Of a stretch of 64,000 nt of DNA, positions 9,321 to 19,664 are shown one piece after another (positions within the stretch are counted from its first letter, which is position 1; each line of letters opens with the position of its first letter). Source of the DNA: Calditrichales bacterium (GTDB taxonomy: Bacteria > Calditrichota > Calditrichia > Calditrichales > J004); NCBI GenBank assembly GCA_015493745.1, contig WGCN01000099.1, forward strand, positions 1,541-65,540, given 5' to 3'. A model generated the notes under the pieces. It was given only the letters and a program-made list of their open reading frames with translations. It was not told the origin of the DNA and did not search any database. A program made the translations under genes and the position numbers.

Positions 9321-9998
9321 ATGCTGAATCATATTTGGTTTTGGATGATCATGCTCAGTTTGTTTGTGGCCGCGGGCACGGATATCTATAATGAGATTAC
9401 TGCCCCGCCCGCCACGGAAACGGTGCAGGAGGAGTTATCGCTTAATAAACGGACAAAGCTGGGCCAGCTTTCCGATGCCGCCCTAAAATCAGCACAGACC
9501 GGGGTGGAAATCTCCCTGGGTCTGATCGGTATTATGGCCCTGTGGCTGGGCATTATGAAGGTGGCCGAGGAGGCCGGTTTTATAAAAATTCTGGCCCGCA
9601 TGGTGGCGCCCATAACGCGCCGTCTGTTTCCCGAAATTCCCGAGGATCATCCCTCCATCGGGGCTATGCTGATGAATATCGCCGCCAATATGCTGGGGCT
9701 AAGCAACGCGGCCACGCCATTGGGTTTAAAGGCCATGGAGGAACTGCAGAAGCTTAACCCCGATAAGGAAACGGCCAGTAATTCCATGATCACCTTTCTG
9801 GTAATCAATACCAGTGCCATCACCCTGATTCCCGCTTCGGCCATCGCCATCCGCGCTTCGCTGGGGTCGGTCAATCCGCAACAAATCATCGTGCCGTCGA
9901 TCATCGCCGCCACCATGGCCACCATCGTTGGATTGACCACGGTAAAGCTTATTCAAAGATATGAAGGGAAAAAGAAAAATAAGGGAGGGCAGGCCTGA
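9321..9998 (+). CDS. spmA: nucleoside-recognition-domain membrane protein, SpmA-like
   Basis: 225-aa polytopic membrane protein whose sequence pattern (GLIGIMALWLGIMKVAEEAG, MNIAANMLGLSNAATPLGLKAMEEL) is typical of SpmA. It is translationally coupled to an spmB-like gene. Confidence 0.7.
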   Translation: MLNHIWFWMIMLSLFVAAGTDIYNEITAPPATETVQEELSLNKRTKLGQLSDAALKSAQTGVEISLGLIGIMALWLGIMKVAEEAGFIKILARMVAPITRRLFPEIPEDHPSIGAMLMNIAANMLGLSNAATPLGLKAMEELQKLNPDKETASNSMITFLVINTSAITLIPASAIAIRASLGSVNPQQIIVPSIIAATMATIVGLTTVKLIQRYEGKKKNKGGQA

Positions 9999-10537
9999 TG
10001 GAGATACTGCGTTTGGTGATCGACTGGGCCTCTATTTTGGCCATTCCCACTATTATTTTATTGTTTATCGGTTACGGTGGTTATAAAAAGGTTGCGGTTT
10101 ACGAGGTTTTTGTGGAAGGAGCCAAGGAGGGGTTTGAGGTGGGGGTTAAAATCATTCCCTATCTGGTGGCCATGCTGATGGCCATTGCCATGTTCCGCGC
10201 CAGCGGCATGCTGGATATCCTGACCTGGCTGGCTTCGCCCGTTACCAATCTAATCGGTATGGCGCCGGAGTTGTTGCCCATGGCCCTGATGCGGCCCCTG
10301 TCCGGCAGCGGCTCCCTGGGTGTTATGAGTGAATTGATGAAGACCTTCGGCCCCGATTCGCTGATCGGCTTTACCGCCTCCACCATGTTTGGCAGTACGG
10401 AAACCACCTTTTATGTTTTGGCGGTTTACTTTGGCTCCGTGGGTGTGAAAAAGACCCGCTATGCCGCTCCTGCCGGTTTGCTGGCCGATGCCGCCGGTTT
10501 GATCACGGCCGTATTGATTTGCCAGTTGTGGTTTTAA
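9998..10537 (+). CDS. spmB: nucleoside-recognition-domain membrane protein, SpmB-like
   Basis: 179-aa membrane protein (LMRPLSGSGSLGVMSELM..FGSTETTFYVLAVYFGSVG) typical of SpmB. The start overlaps the spmA stop (TGATG). Confidence 0.7.
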   Translation: MEILRLVIDWASILAIPTIILLFIGYGGYKKVAVYEVFVEGAKEGFEVGVKIIPYLVAMLMAIAMFRASGMLDILTWLASPVTNLIGMAPELLPMALMRPLSGSGSLGVMSELMKTFGPDSLIGFTASTMFGSTETTFYVLAVYFGSVGVKKTRYAAPAGLLADAAGLITAVLICQLWF

Positions 10538-10607
10538 TTCTCATCCGTTATGATTACCGGAAAAACCGAAGAAAGGCCGGGGGCCTCTCCTGTGGCGGGC
10601 TGTTAAA

Positions 10608-11276
10608 ATGAAGAGGGATCTCAGTCTGATTTTGTTTATCCTGCTGTTCGGCCTGAGCCCGGTGCCCGCGCAGATACCCGTGCAGGAGGAGCCTTTCCAT
10701 CAGCCGGTTTATCAGGATGGTACTATGCGGATTTTGCGGGTGGCCCTGGCCCCGGGAGACACATCGCTTTTTCACCGGCACAGCCATAATATATTTTATG
10801 CCACCCTGAAAGGAACCCGTATGTGGCTGGAAGGCGCTGATGGACTAAGCCGGGAGGTGACTCTGCCCGACGGCTGGACGGGGGCCGATACCACGTATGC
10901 CGTTCGTCCCTTTGTCCATCGCATCGCCAATGTGGGGCGGGATTCCCTGGTGCTGTTTGCGGTTGAGTCGTTCCGGCCGCCGCGGTCCCGGCGCGAAATT
11001 CTTGCCGGCGATTCCGTGTTTTACGCCCGCAGGCATTATTTGGCGGCCGGGGAGGAAATAAAATTAGATATATCCGGGGCTGTAGTGCTGATCGTCCTGA
11101 AAGGCCGGGGCGAATTGCGGACAGGAAGCCAAAGGGGGCCACATGTACTTGACGGAAAACACCCCTGGTGCGTGCCGGAAATCAGGGATGGTGGCTATCT
11201 GCGCAACATGGGGGACAAAACGTTAATTTTTGTTGAAATAAGGTTAAACAGACCTTTGCAACAAAGCGGGCGCTAA
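10608..11276 (+). CDS. secreted hypothetical protein, cupin-like
   Basis: Has a signal peptide. HRHSHNIF and a beta-rich pattern suggest a cupin fold. No specific family was recognised. Confidence 0.35.
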   Translation: MKRDLSLILFILLFGLSPVPAQIPVQEEPFHQPVYQDGTMRILRVALAPGDTSLFHRHSHNIFYATLKGTRMWLEGADGLSREVTLPDGWTGADTTYAVRPFVHRIANVGRDSLVLFAVESFRPPRSRREILAGDSVFYARRHYLAAGEEIKLDISGAVVLIVLKGRGELRTGSQRGPHVLDGKHPWCVPEIRDGGYLRNMGDKTLIFVEIRLNRPLQQSGR

Positions 11277-11319
11277 CGTATATTTAAAGTTCATTTATCA
11301 TTCAAACCGGAGGAAAAAA

Positions 11320-11778
11320 ATGATGTTAAAAAGCGCTTTATTTACGCTGTTGTCGCTTTCCCTGCTGTTGGCGGGCGAAGCCAAACAATACGGCCAAAAG
11401 CTGACCCTGGAAAAGACCACTCCCATCGAAGCCATAGACAAGGCGCCGGAAAGCTTTGTGGGCAAAACCGTGCTGGTGGAAGGCACCGTGGTGGATGTAT
11501 GTAAAAAACGCGGCTGCTGGATTAAGGTGGTTGACGATAAGAGCGGCAGTTCCCTGCTGGTAAAGGTAAAAGACGGTGAGATCGTTTTTCCGCTGGAAGC
11601 ACGGGGCAAGACCGCCCGGGTGGAAGGGGTTTTTCAAAAGTTGGAATCCACCATGGAAGAGACGGTGGAACATGCCAAAAAAGCCTGCAAGCTGGAAGGT
11701 AAGGAATTTGACCCGGCCACGGTAACCAAACCGGATGTCAGTTATCGTTTAAAAGCCCTGGGCGCGGTTATTAAATAA
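11320..11778 (+). CDS. DUF4920-like secreted protein
   Basis: 152 aa with a signal peptide. The VEGTVVDVCKKRGCWIKV..VKVKDGEIVFP pattern matches my recollection of the DUF4920 family. Confidence 0.5.
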   Translation: MMLKSALFTLLSLSLLLAGEAKQYGQKLTLEKTTPIEAIDKAPESFVGKTVLVEGTVVDVCKKRGCWIKVVDDKSGSSLLVKVKDGEIVFPLEARGKTARVEGVFQKLESTMEETVEHAKKACKLEGKEFDPATVTKPDVSYRLKALGAVIK

Positions 11779-11794
11779 ATTTTAAGGAGAAGAT

Positions 11795-11822
11795 GGCCGG
11801 TTGTCCGCCGGCCTTTTTTTTT
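11795..11822 (+). terminator. rho-independent terminator downstream of the DUF4920-like gene
   Basis: GGCCGG-TTGTCCG-CCGGCC hairpin followed by a run of nine T. It sits inside the first 30 nt of the longest ORF (11793..) in the track. Confidence 0.8.
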
Positions 11823-11825
11823 GAT

Positions 11826-12377
11826 ATGACCTTCAGAAACCGGCTACGCCAGCTACACAGGGACTTCGGTTATTTCTTTTTTGGCATGAGTGTTATCTTT
11901 GCTGTTTCCGGCCTGGCCGTTAACCATATCGACGATTGGAATCCCAATTATGATATCAGGGTAAAAACCGGACGTTTGGATTCCGCGCTTTCCCTGGCCG
12001 GCCCCCTGCCCATTACGCAAATTGCCCGAAGCATCGGTCTGCAGGATTCGGTGACCGGCTATGTGCGCAGCGACCGGCACCGCTTTATGATCTTTCTGGG
12101 AACGAACAGCCTGGAAATTGATACCCTTAGACGTACCTATCGTTACGAACAGGTGGAGGAACGCTGGCTGTTGCATGCCTTTAACCGTCTTCATTTAAAT
12201 GAGTTGAAAAATGGATGGGTCTTCTTTTCGGACTTTTTCGCCCTGGGCCTCTTTTTTATGGCGGTCAGCGGTCTGTTCTTAAACAGGGGGCGTAACGGTT
12301 TAAAAGGTCGCGGCGGCTGGCTGGCGCTGGCGGGTGTGCTGATTCCCTTTATCTTTGTATTTTTATATTTGATGTAA
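11826..12377 (+). CDS. PepSY-associated TM-helix protein
   Basis: RQLHRDFGYFFFGMSVIFAVSGLAVNH and a C-terminal TM helix are typical of PepSY_TM proteins. I moved the start to the ATG at 11826 because the upstream in-frame codons are the terminator hairpin and T-run. Confidence 0.6.
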   Translation: MTFRNRLRQLHRDFGYFFFGMSVIFAVSGLAVNHIDDWNPNYDIRVKTGRLDSALSLAGPLPITQIARSIGLQDSVTGYVRSDRHRFMIFLGTNSLEIDTLRRTYRYEQVEERWLLHAFNRLHLNELKNGWVFFSDFFALGLFFMAVSGLFLNRGRNGLKGRGGWLALAGVLIPFIFVFLYLM

Positions 12378-12526
12378 CAGTGGAGCTCCGGCGCAAGAGA
12401 GCCATACCTCCGGTGGCGGCTCACCTCTTTCCCGGGGAGAGTGCGGAATGACGGTAGGGAAATTTACATCCCAAACCGATGGTTCATCTTCCATAAAAAA
12501 CAATTTTTACCCCACCAATTCACCTG

Positions 12527-12563
12527 TATAAAAATCCCGGCCTCTCTTTTAGGAAAAGCCGGG
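12527..12563 (-). terminator. rho-independent terminator of maeB
   Basis: On the minus strand, CCCGGCTTTTC-CTAAAA-GAGAGGCCGGG forms an 11-bp stem with two G-U pairs, followed by ATTTTTATA. It lies immediately 3' of the maeB stop. Confidence 0.6.
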
Positions 12564-12576
12564 ATGATCCGGGTTC

Positions 12577-14841
12577 CTATTTCCTTGACTGGGCGTCCAT
12601 TACGGCGATGGCCGTCATATTGACCACGCCGATCTCGTCATAATCGCCTATTTGCAGCGGATGCACCGGTTTCTTCAAACCCATCAGTATGGGGCCGATG
12701 GTTTCCGCGCCGCCCAGATGTTCCAAAAGCTTATAGGCGATATTGCCCGATTCAATATTGGGGAAGATCAGTACATTGGCTCCGTTTTTACCGGCCAGTC
12801 TGCTAAAGGGAAACACCTCATCCAGAATGGCCGGACTTACCGCCGTGCTGGCCTGCATCTCGCCGTCGATAATCAGGTTCGGTTCACGTTCATGGACGAT
12901 TTTGATGGCTTCGCGGATTTTATTGTTGACGATATGCTTTACGCTGCCAAAGTTGGAAAAGGAGAGCAGCGCCACCCGTGGTTCCACGCCCATGCGCTTA
13001 ACCTCGCGGGCGGTAAGGATGGCGATATCGGCCAGTTCCTGCGCGCTGGGGTTGATATTGATGGTTGTGTCGGCAAAATAGTAGGTCTTATCCTTATAGA
13101 TGACCATATGCAGACCGGCCACATGGCTGGCCTCCTCACGCACGCCGATAATCTCCAGGGCGGGCTTGATGGTATCCCGGTAGCGGTGGGTCAGCCCGGA
13201 AACCATGCCGTCGGCGTCATCGGCATGGACCATCATGGCGCCGAAGTAGACCGGATCCTGCATGATGTGGCGGGCGTCGGTTTTCAGTACCCCCTTGCGC
13301 TGGCGCAGGGTATAGTAGGTGTCGGCATAACTTTCCAGCTTGTCACTCTGTTCCGGGTCGATGATGGTCACGCTTTTTTCCAGATGGGCAATCTCCATTT
13401 CAGCCATGGCCGCCCGTATTTTTTCCACATTGCCCAATAGCACCGGCCTGGCCATGCCCTCGGCCACGATGATTTCACAAGCCTTGAGGATGGTCGGCGA
13501 GTCACCCTCGGGATAAACAATGCGCTTGGGCGCCTTTTTGGCCTTGTTGATGAAAACGCGGGTGATGTGCCGGCCAATGCCCAGACGGTCTTCCAGTTCT
13601 TCCTTGTACTTTTCGATGTCGATGGTGCGTCGCGCCACTCCCGTTTCCATGGCCGCCCGGGCCACGGCGGAGGCTTCCCATATCAGCACACGGGGGTCAA
13701 AGGGCTTGGGGATCAGATAGTCCAGGCCGAACTTCAACTGGGTGTCGCCATAGGCCTGCATCACCGAAAAGGGGACCGGTTCCTTGGCCAGATCGGCCAG
13801 GGCGCGCGCGGCAGCCACCTTCATCTCCTCATTGATGCTGGTGGCGTACACATCCAGCGCCCCGCGGAAAATAAAGGGGAAACCCAGCACATTGTTTACC
13901 TGATTGGGATAATCGCTGCGTCCGGTGGCGATGATGACGTCGTCGCGCCAGGCCCGGGCGTTTTCATAGGTGATTTCCGGATCGGGATTGGCCATGGCAA
14001 AGATGATGGGATGATCGCCCATGGATTGAACCATTTCCTTGGTCAGCAGGTTGGCCACGGATACGCCGAAAAAGGCGTCGGCGCCCACCAGGGCCTCCTC
14101 GATGGTGCGGGCGTCGGTATCGGCGGCCAGTTCTTCCTTATACTTGTTCATGCCCGCCGTGCGTCCCTTGTAGATAACCCCCTTGCTGTCGCACATGATC
14201 ACATTTTCCTTCTTTACCCCCAGGGAGATGTAGAACTTGGCACAGGCAATGCCGGCGGCTCCCGCCCCGCTGAAGACCACCTTCATCTTTTCCAGCGGCT
14301 TGCCGATCAGCTCGGAGGCATTCAACAGGGCCGCGCCCGATATGATGGCCGTGCCATGCTGGTCGTCATGAAAAACGGGAATGTTCATTTCCTTTTTAAG
14401 AGTTTCTTCGATCTCAAAACATTCCGGGGCCTTGATATCCTCCAGGTTGATGCCGCCAAAGGTGGGTTCCAGCAGTTTTACGGTTTGGATGATCTCCCGG
14501 GCATCCTGGGTGCGCAGCTCCAGGTCAAAGACGTCGATATCGGCAAAGCGTTTAAACAAAACCCCCTTGCCTTCCATAACCGGCTTGCCCGCTTCCGGGC
14601 CGATATTGCCCAGGCCCAATACGGCGGTGCCGTTGCTGACCACGGCCACCAGGTTGCCGCGGGCGGTGTATTTAAAAACATCGTCCACATTTTCCTTGAT
14701 TTCCAGACAGGGAACGGCCACGCCGGGCGTATAGGCCAGTGAAAGGTCTTTTTGGGTGATACAGGGTTTGGTGGTATTCACCTCAATCTTTCCCGGACGT
14801 CCGGTGGTGTGGTATTTTAATGCTTCATCATGGTAGTTCAT
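12577..14841 (-). CDS. maeB: NADP-dependent malic enzyme with a C-terminal phosphotransacetylase-like domain
   Basis: 754 aa. The N-terminal half is a malic enzyme ([48 protein letters not shown]). The C-terminal ~330 aa is PTA-like, which is the classic MaeB architecture. Confidence 0.9.
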   Translation of the reverse strand: MNYHDEALKYHTTGRPGKIEVNTTKPCITQKDLSLAYTPGVAVPCLEIKENVDDVFKYTARGNLVAVVSNGTAVLGLGNIGPEAGKPVMEGKGVLFKRFADIDVFDLELRTQDAREIIQTVKLLEPTFGGINLEDIKAPECFEIEETLKKEMNIPVFHDDQHGTAIISGAALLNASELIGKPLEKMKVVFSGAGAAGIACAKFYISLGVKKENVIMCDSKGVIYKGRTAGMNKYKEELAADTDARTIEEALVGADAFFGVSVANLLTKEMVQSMGDHPIIFAMANPDPEITYENARAWRDDVIIATGRSDYPNQVNNVLGFPFIFRGALDVYATSINEEMKVAAARALADLAKEPVPFSVMQAYGDTQLKFGLDYLIPKPFDPRVLIWEASAVARAAMETGVARRTIDIEKYKEELEDRLGIGRHITRVFINKAKKAPKRIVYPEGDSPTILKACEIIVAEGMARPVLLGNVEKIRAAMAEMEIAHLEKSVTIIDPEQSDKLESYADTYYTLRQRKGVLKTDARHIMQDPVYFGAMMVHADDADGMVSGLTHRYRDTIKPALEIIGVREEASHVAGLHMVIYKDKTYYFADTTININPSAQELADIAILTAREVKRMGVEPRVALLSFSNFGSVKHIVNNKIREAIKIVHEREPNLIIDGEMQASTAVSPAILDEVFPFSRLAGKNGANVLIFPNIESGNIAYKLLEHLGGAETIGPILMGLKKPVHPLQIGDYDEIGVVNMTAIAVMDAQSRK

Positions 14842-15071
14842 TTTAGAATCCTTGTATTAATACGAACGGTCAAAATCTGACTTACTAATTTACCAAAAAA
14901 AATAACCAATACATGTAAAAATTGTGTTTTTTGATCAGTATTTCTCTAAAAAAGCGGGAAATTCCCCCCCCAAAAAAAATAACAGTTCTCCAGGCAGCTT
15001 CCGGGTGGATAGTAAAAAAAAAATAGCCGGCCTCTTGCATCACATAAACGCGAATGTTATGTTGCCTTAAA

Positions 15072-15085
15072 CGATAACTTTATCG
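15072..15085. promoter_or_regulatory. candidate LacI-family operator (CGATAA-CT-TTATCG)
   Basis: A perfect 6+2+6 palindrome 9 nt upstream of the LacI-family gene that leads the hexuronate operon. Confidence 0.35.
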
Positions 15086-15093
15086 GTTAAGTA

Positions 15094-16122
15094 ATGAGCA
15101 GTCCGAAACGCATAACATTGAACGATATTGCCCTCAGGCTCGGGATATCCAAGGTGGCCGTCTCCAAGGCGCTGCGCGATCATCCCGATATCAGTCCGGC
15201 CACCCGGGCGCGGGTAAAGCAGATGGCCGAAAGTCTGGGCTATGTGCCCAACTACATGGCCCGCAACCTTTCCGCCCGCAAAACTCTGACCGTCGGTCTT
15301 GTCGTTCCTAAAATAGCCCATCACTTTTTCTCGCAGGCTATCGAAGCCATCTATGAAACGGCGGAGGAAAGCAATTACGAAATCATCTTAACCGTTTCCC
15401 GCGAAGACGAGAGTCGTGAGCGGCGGCAAATAAAAACCCTGCTTTCCATGCGCGTGGACGGCCTGTTGGTTTCTCTGGCCCAAAACACACGCCGGACGGA
15501 TATTTTTAAGGAAGTGCGGGATCATGGCCTGCCGCTGGTCTTCTTTGACCGTGTTCCGGATGAGCCGGGATATAGTGCCGTAACCACCGATGACCACCGG
15601 GGTGCCTATGAGTCGGTGGCCTGGTTTGCCGCCCGGGGGTATAAAAAAATCGCTCATATCGGCGGATACCGGCATACCGGTATCGGTCGCCGGCGGGATA
15701 GCGGGTACCGCGCGGCCATGGAAAAATACGGCCATGACATACCTTCCGGTTTTGTTGTGGAAGGAGGCTTCAGCGAAGAGGACGGTTATCGGGGCTTGAT
15801 GAAGATATACGACCGGGTGGGGCTGCCGGAGGTGCTTTTTACCGTAACCTTTCCCGTGGCCCTGGGCGCGGTAAGGGCCATGCAGGATTTGGGAAAGAGC
15901 GTACCGGACGATATGCAAATCGTCTCCTTTGGCGGAAGCGCTTACAGCCGCTATATGAAACCGGCCATCAGCTATTTCGATCAACCGGCCCGTGAGATAG
16001 GCAAGACCGCCACGAACATGCTGCTCGAGGAGATCGGGGGCCGGCAAAAAAGCGGACGGTTCGTGGAATTGCCCGGGAAACTGATTTTAAGTCCTGAATT
16101 TCAAAAAGAGTTGAAAAAATGA
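15094..16122 (+). CDS. LacI-family transcriptional regulator
   Basis: N-terminal HTH (ITLNDIALRLGISKVAVSKALRDHPDIS) followed by a periplasmic-binding-protein-like sugar-binding core. It overlaps uxaC by 4 nt. Confidence 0.85.
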   Translation: MSSPKRITLNDIALRLGISKVAVSKALRDHPDISPATRARVKQMAESLGYVPNYMARNLSARKTLTVGLVVPKIAHHFFSQAIEAIYETAEESNYEIILTVSREDESRERRQIKTLLSMRVDGLLVSLAQNTRRTDIFKEVRDHGLPLVFFDRVPDEPGYSAVTTDDHRGAYESVAWFAARGYKKIAHIGGYRHTGIGRRRDSGYRAAMEKYGHDIPSGFVVEGGFSEEDGYRGLMKIYDRVGLPEVLFTVTFPVALGAVRAMQDLGKSVPDDMQIVSFGGSAYSRYMKPAISYFDQPAREIGKTATNMLLEEIGGRQKSGRFVELPGKLILSPEFQKELKK

Positions 16123-17531
16123 GCAAGATAAATTTACACCCCGACCGTTATTTTGATCCGCAACCGGAGGTGCGCCGGATCGCCCGTGAATTGTATGACC
16201 ATGTCCGGGGTCTGCCGCTTGTTTGTCCCCATGGCCATGTGGAACCGCGCCTGCTGGCGGAAGATGTCCCCTTTCCGGATCCGGCCTCCTTACTTCTTAT
16301 TCCGGATCATTATATCTTTCGCATGTTATATTCCCGGGGTATTTCCCTGGAATCTCTCGGTATTCCGACCGTGGATGGTACAGCTGTGGAGCAGGACAGC
16401 CGTAAGATATGGCGTATCTTTTGCGCCCACTATTATCTGTTTGCCGCCACACCCACGGGATGCTGGCTGGAGCATGTACTGGCCGCCGTTTTGGATATTG
16501 ACGAAAAACCTTCCGCCCGTAATGCCGACACCCTGTATGATGCCATTTTGGAAAAGCTTGCCCGTCCGGCTTTTCGGCCGCGGGCCCTGTATGAACAGTT
16601 CAATATCGAAGTGCTGAGTACCACGGACGCCGCATCGGATTCCCTGGAATATCACCGGGCCCTCAGTGACTCGTCTTTTAAGGGAAGGGTGATTCCCACA
16701 TTCCGCCCCGACGGGGTAACCGATATTGCCGCCCGGGCCTGGCCGGAGGAAATGGATCGCCTGCGGGCGGCCAGCGGCCTGGCCATTCATTCCTATCGCG
16801 AGTTCATCGCCGCTCTGGAAAAGCGGCGGGCCTTTTTCAGGGAAATGGGCGCCACGGCCACCGATCATGGCGTTAATACCCCCTTTACCCATCGGCTAAG
16901 CGGGCAAGAGGCCGAAACCATTTTTCAAAAAGCTCTGAAGGGACAGGTTGACGCCAATGACGCCCGTCTTTTTACGGCACACATGCTGATGGAAATGGCC
17001 CGCATGAGCGTCGATGACGGCCTGGTAATGCAAATCCACCCCGGCGCCTGGCGTAACCACAACCGCTTTATCCATGAACGCTTCGGTGCGGATAAGGGCG
17101 CCGATATCCCGGTGCACACCGAGTTTACGGGAAACCTGCGCCCCCTGCTGGAGGCCTACGGCAATGATCCGAATTTCCGGCTGATTGTTTTTACCCTGGA
17201 TGAATCGACCTATGCCCGCGAGCTGGCGCCCCTGGCCGGGCACTATCCGGCCATGCGTCTTGGTCCGCCCTGGTGGTTTCATGACAGCATCCACGGCATG
17301 ATCCGCTATCGCGAAAGGGTAACCGAAACCGCCGGTTTCTATAATACGGTTGGATTTAATGATGATACCCGGGCTTTTCTTTCCATTCCCGCCCGGCATG
17401 ATCTGAACCGGCGGGTGGATGCCAATTTTCTGGCCGGACTGGTCAGTCGTCATATTCTGGATATGGAACAGGCCCGGGAAATTGCCCGGGCGCTGGCCTA
17501 TGACCTGGCCAGGGATGGTTACAAACTCTAA
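16119..17531 (+). CDS. uxaC: glucuronate isomerase
   Basis: 470 aa, the typical UxaC length. The N-terminal pattern DRYFDP..ARELY..LPLVCPHGHV and the operon context (uxuA, kdgK, eda) support the call. Confidence 0.75.
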   Translation: MSKINLHPDRYFDPQPEVRRIARELYDHVRGLPLVCPHGHVEPRLLAEDVPFPDPASLLLIPDHYIFRMLYSRGISLESLGIPTVDGTAVEQDSRKIWRIFCAHYYLFAATPTGCWLEHVLAAVLDIDEKPSARNADTLYDAILEKLARPAFRPRALYEQFNIEVLSTTDAASDSLEYHRALSDSSFKGRVIPTFRPDGVTDIAARAWPEEMDRLRAASGLAIHSYREFIAALEKRRAFFREMGATATDHGVNTPFTHRLSGQEAETIFQKALKGQVDANDARLFTAHMLMEMARMSVDDGLVMQIHPGAWRNHNRFIHERFGADKGADIPVHTEFTGNLRPLLEAYGNDPNFRLIVFTLDESTYARELAPLAGHYPAMRLGPPWWFHDSIHGMIRYRERVTETAGFYNTVGFNDDTRAFLSIPARHDLNRRVDANFLAGLVSRHILDMEQAREIARALAYDLARDGYKL

Positions 17532-17538
17532 ACTCAAA

Positions 17539-18807
17539 ATGAAAAAGGAAAAGCAACACGTGCAGTTAAATAAATATTCTTTTGGCGTGGGCGACCGTTT
17601 TGCCCATCAGGCCAGGGCGCAATTAAGCGCCTTGCAAAAGGCCGCCCGGGCCGGGGTGGAGATTACCCCCGTCTGGAACAAATCCTTCCGCGAACATAAA
17701 ATTATCGGCAGCGATCCCCGCGTAACCCGGCAAAAGGCGGATGAGGCGGTGCGCGACCTCTCCTGGAAAGAGGCCTATTTTGTCGATGCCGATCATATCA
17801 ATCTGGATAATGTCGATTTCTTTATGGACTCCTGCGACTTTTTTACCATCGATGTCGCCGATTACATCGGTAAGCCTGCCGCGCCGGAAACGGTTGACCG
17901 TTTTGTGCAAAGCTGTGCCGCGCTGACCGGTCGCCATAAACTGCCCCTGCTGGATGCCGCCATGGAGATCAGCGAAGAGTTGATCCGGGCAACGGCGCAA
18001 AAATATCTCTTTGCCGCCGGGGAAGCGGGCAAGATATACCGGCACATCAAAGAGGAAAAAGGAAGCCGGGCCTTTATCGCCGAGGTCTCCATGGATGAAA
18101 CCGATGATCCGCAAAGCCCGGTGGAGCTGTTTGTAATCCTGGCGGCGCTTTCCTTTTACGGGGTGGAATTGCACACCCTGGCCCCGAAGTTCAGCGGGCG
18201 TTTTAACAAAGGGGTCGATTATGCGGGCGACCTCTCCCGCTTTGCCGAAGAGTTTGAGCGTGACCTGGCGGTGATCCGTCTGGCCGGGGAGTATTTTGAT
18301 CTTCCCGCCACCCTTAAACTGAGCGTGCATTCCGGCAGCGACAAATTTTCCCTCTACCCCGTGATCCGGCAGGCCATCCGCAAATTTGACGCCGGTATCC
18401 ACGTAAAAACCGCCGGAACCACCTGGCTGGAGGAGTTGATCGGGCTGGCCGAGGCGGGTGGCGACGGACTGGAAATGGCCGTTGAAATTTACCGCCGGGC
18501 GCTGGAGGCCTTCGAGGATTTATGCGCCCCCTATGCCACGGTGATCGATATCGATCCGCAAAAACTGCCGGCTATGGAGGAGGTGCGCAAATGGGACGGT
18601 TCCCGCTTTGCCCGCGCCCTGCGCCATAATCCCGGTGACTCTTTGTATAACCCTCATTTTCGGCAATTGCTGCATGTGGGCTATAAAATTGCCGCCAATA
18701 TGGGACAGCGCTATCTGCACATGCTGGAAAAACATGAAACCGTGGTGGCCGGGAATGTCACCGCCAATATTTTTGAACGGCATATACGCCCGTTGTTTTT
18801 GGATTAA
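17539..18807 (+). CDS. uxaE: tagaturonate/fructuronate epimerase-like protein (UxaE family)
   Basis: ~422 aa. The N-terminal YSFGVGDRFAHQA.. motif and the position between uxaC and a mannonate-forming reductase fit UxaE. The start is set at the ATG at 17539; the longer ORF from 17419 overlaps uxaC out of frame. Confidence 0.55.
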   Translation: MKKEKQHVQLNKYSFGVGDRFAHQARAQLSALQKAARAGVEITPVWNKSFREHKIIGSDPRVTRQKADEAVRDLSWKEAYFVDADHINLDNVDFFMDSCDFFTIDVADYIGKPAAPETVDRFVQSCAALTGRHKLPLLDAAMEISEELIRATAQKYLFAAGEAGKIYRHIKEEKGSRAFIAEVSMDETDDPQSPVELFVILAALSFYGVELHTLAPKFSGRFNKGVDYAGDLSRFAEEFERDLAVIRLAGEYFDLPATLKLSVHSGSDKFSLYPVIRQAIRKFDAGIHVKTAGTTWLEELIGLAEAGGDGLEMAVEIYRRALEAFEDLCAPYATVIDIDPQKLPAMEEVRKWDGSRFARALRHNPGDSLYNPHFRQLLHVGYKIAANMGQRYLHMLEKHETVVAGNVTANIFERHIRPLFLD

Positions 18808-18821
18808 AAAAGGAGAGACCG

Positions 18822-19649
18822 TTGAATTACAGGGATAATCTGTTTGATGTAAGCGGCAAGGTGGTGGTCATCACCGGAGGCAGCGGCGTTCTGGGCAGCG
18901 CGCTGGCCTGTGATCTGGCCGAAAGAGGCGCCCGTCTGGCGTTGCTGAGCCGCAATCCCGCTCCGGAAAAGAAAATCGAGGAGCGGCTGATTCGATCGGA
19001 AGGCGACTATACGCTGCTGGCCTGTGATGTGCTGGATAGGGAGTCGGTAAAATCCGCCCTGCGTGAGACACTGAATCACTATGGCCGGGTGGATGTGCTG
19101 ATTAACGGCGCCGGGGGTAACGATCCGCGGGCGACCACTTCTGCGGAAAAAAGTTTCTTCGATATTCCGGCCCAGGCCTTTAATAATGTGCTGGAGCTGA
19201 ATCTGACCGGCACGGTGATACCTTCCCAGGTATTCGGCGCCTACTTTGCCCAGTCCGGCCGGGGGGTGATTTTAAACATCTCGTCCATGAACGCCTTTCG
19301 TCCGCTGACGCGCATACCGGCCTATTCGGCGGCCAAGGCGGCGCTGAGCAATTTTACGCAGTGGCTGGCCGTGCACATGGCGCAGGAATACTCCCCCAAA
19401 ATCCGGGTCAATGCCATTGCCCCCGGTTTTTTTCTTACCAGGCAGAACCGTTTTCTACTGGTGGATAAAGAAAGCGGAAAGCCCACACCACGCGGCCTGG
19501 CCATATTACAACATACCCCGGCCGGGCGTTACGGTGCCCCGGAGGATCTGGCCGGGGCCGTGATCTGGCTGATCTCGGATGCTTCATGTTTTGTAACCGG
19601 TACCGTTGTGGCCGTGGATGGCGGCTTTTCCGCGTTTAGCGGCGTTTGA
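18822..19649 (+). CDS. SDR-family oxidoreductase, probably a fructuronate reductase (SDR-type UxuB)
   Basis: TGGSGVLG cofactor motif and YSAAK catalytic motif; TTG start after AAAGGAGAG. The function is inferred only from its position between the uxaE-like gene and uxuA. Confidence 0.6.
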   Translation: MNYRDNLFDVSGKVVVITGGSGVLGSALACDLAERGARLALLSRNPAPEKKIEERLIRSEGDYTLLACDVLDRESVKSALRETLNHYGRVDVLINGAGGNDPRATTSAEKSFFDIPAQAFNNVLELNLTGTVIPSQVFGAYFAQSGRGVILNISSMNAFRPLTRIPAYSAAKAALSNFTQWLAVHMAQEYSPKIRVNAIAPGFFLTRQNRFLLVDKESGKPTPRGLAILQHTPAGRYGAPEDLAGAVIWLISDASCFVTGTVVAVDGGFSAFSGV

Positions 19650-19664
19650 TAAAGGAGATCGCAA

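Noticed and set aside
17419-17538. A 40-codon N-terminal extension of the uxaE-like ORF.
   Set aside because: It overlaps the 3' end of uxaC out of frame, and its translation is Trp/Pro-rich nonsense. The ATG at 17539, 8 nt after the uxaC stop, gives a sensible N-terminus.
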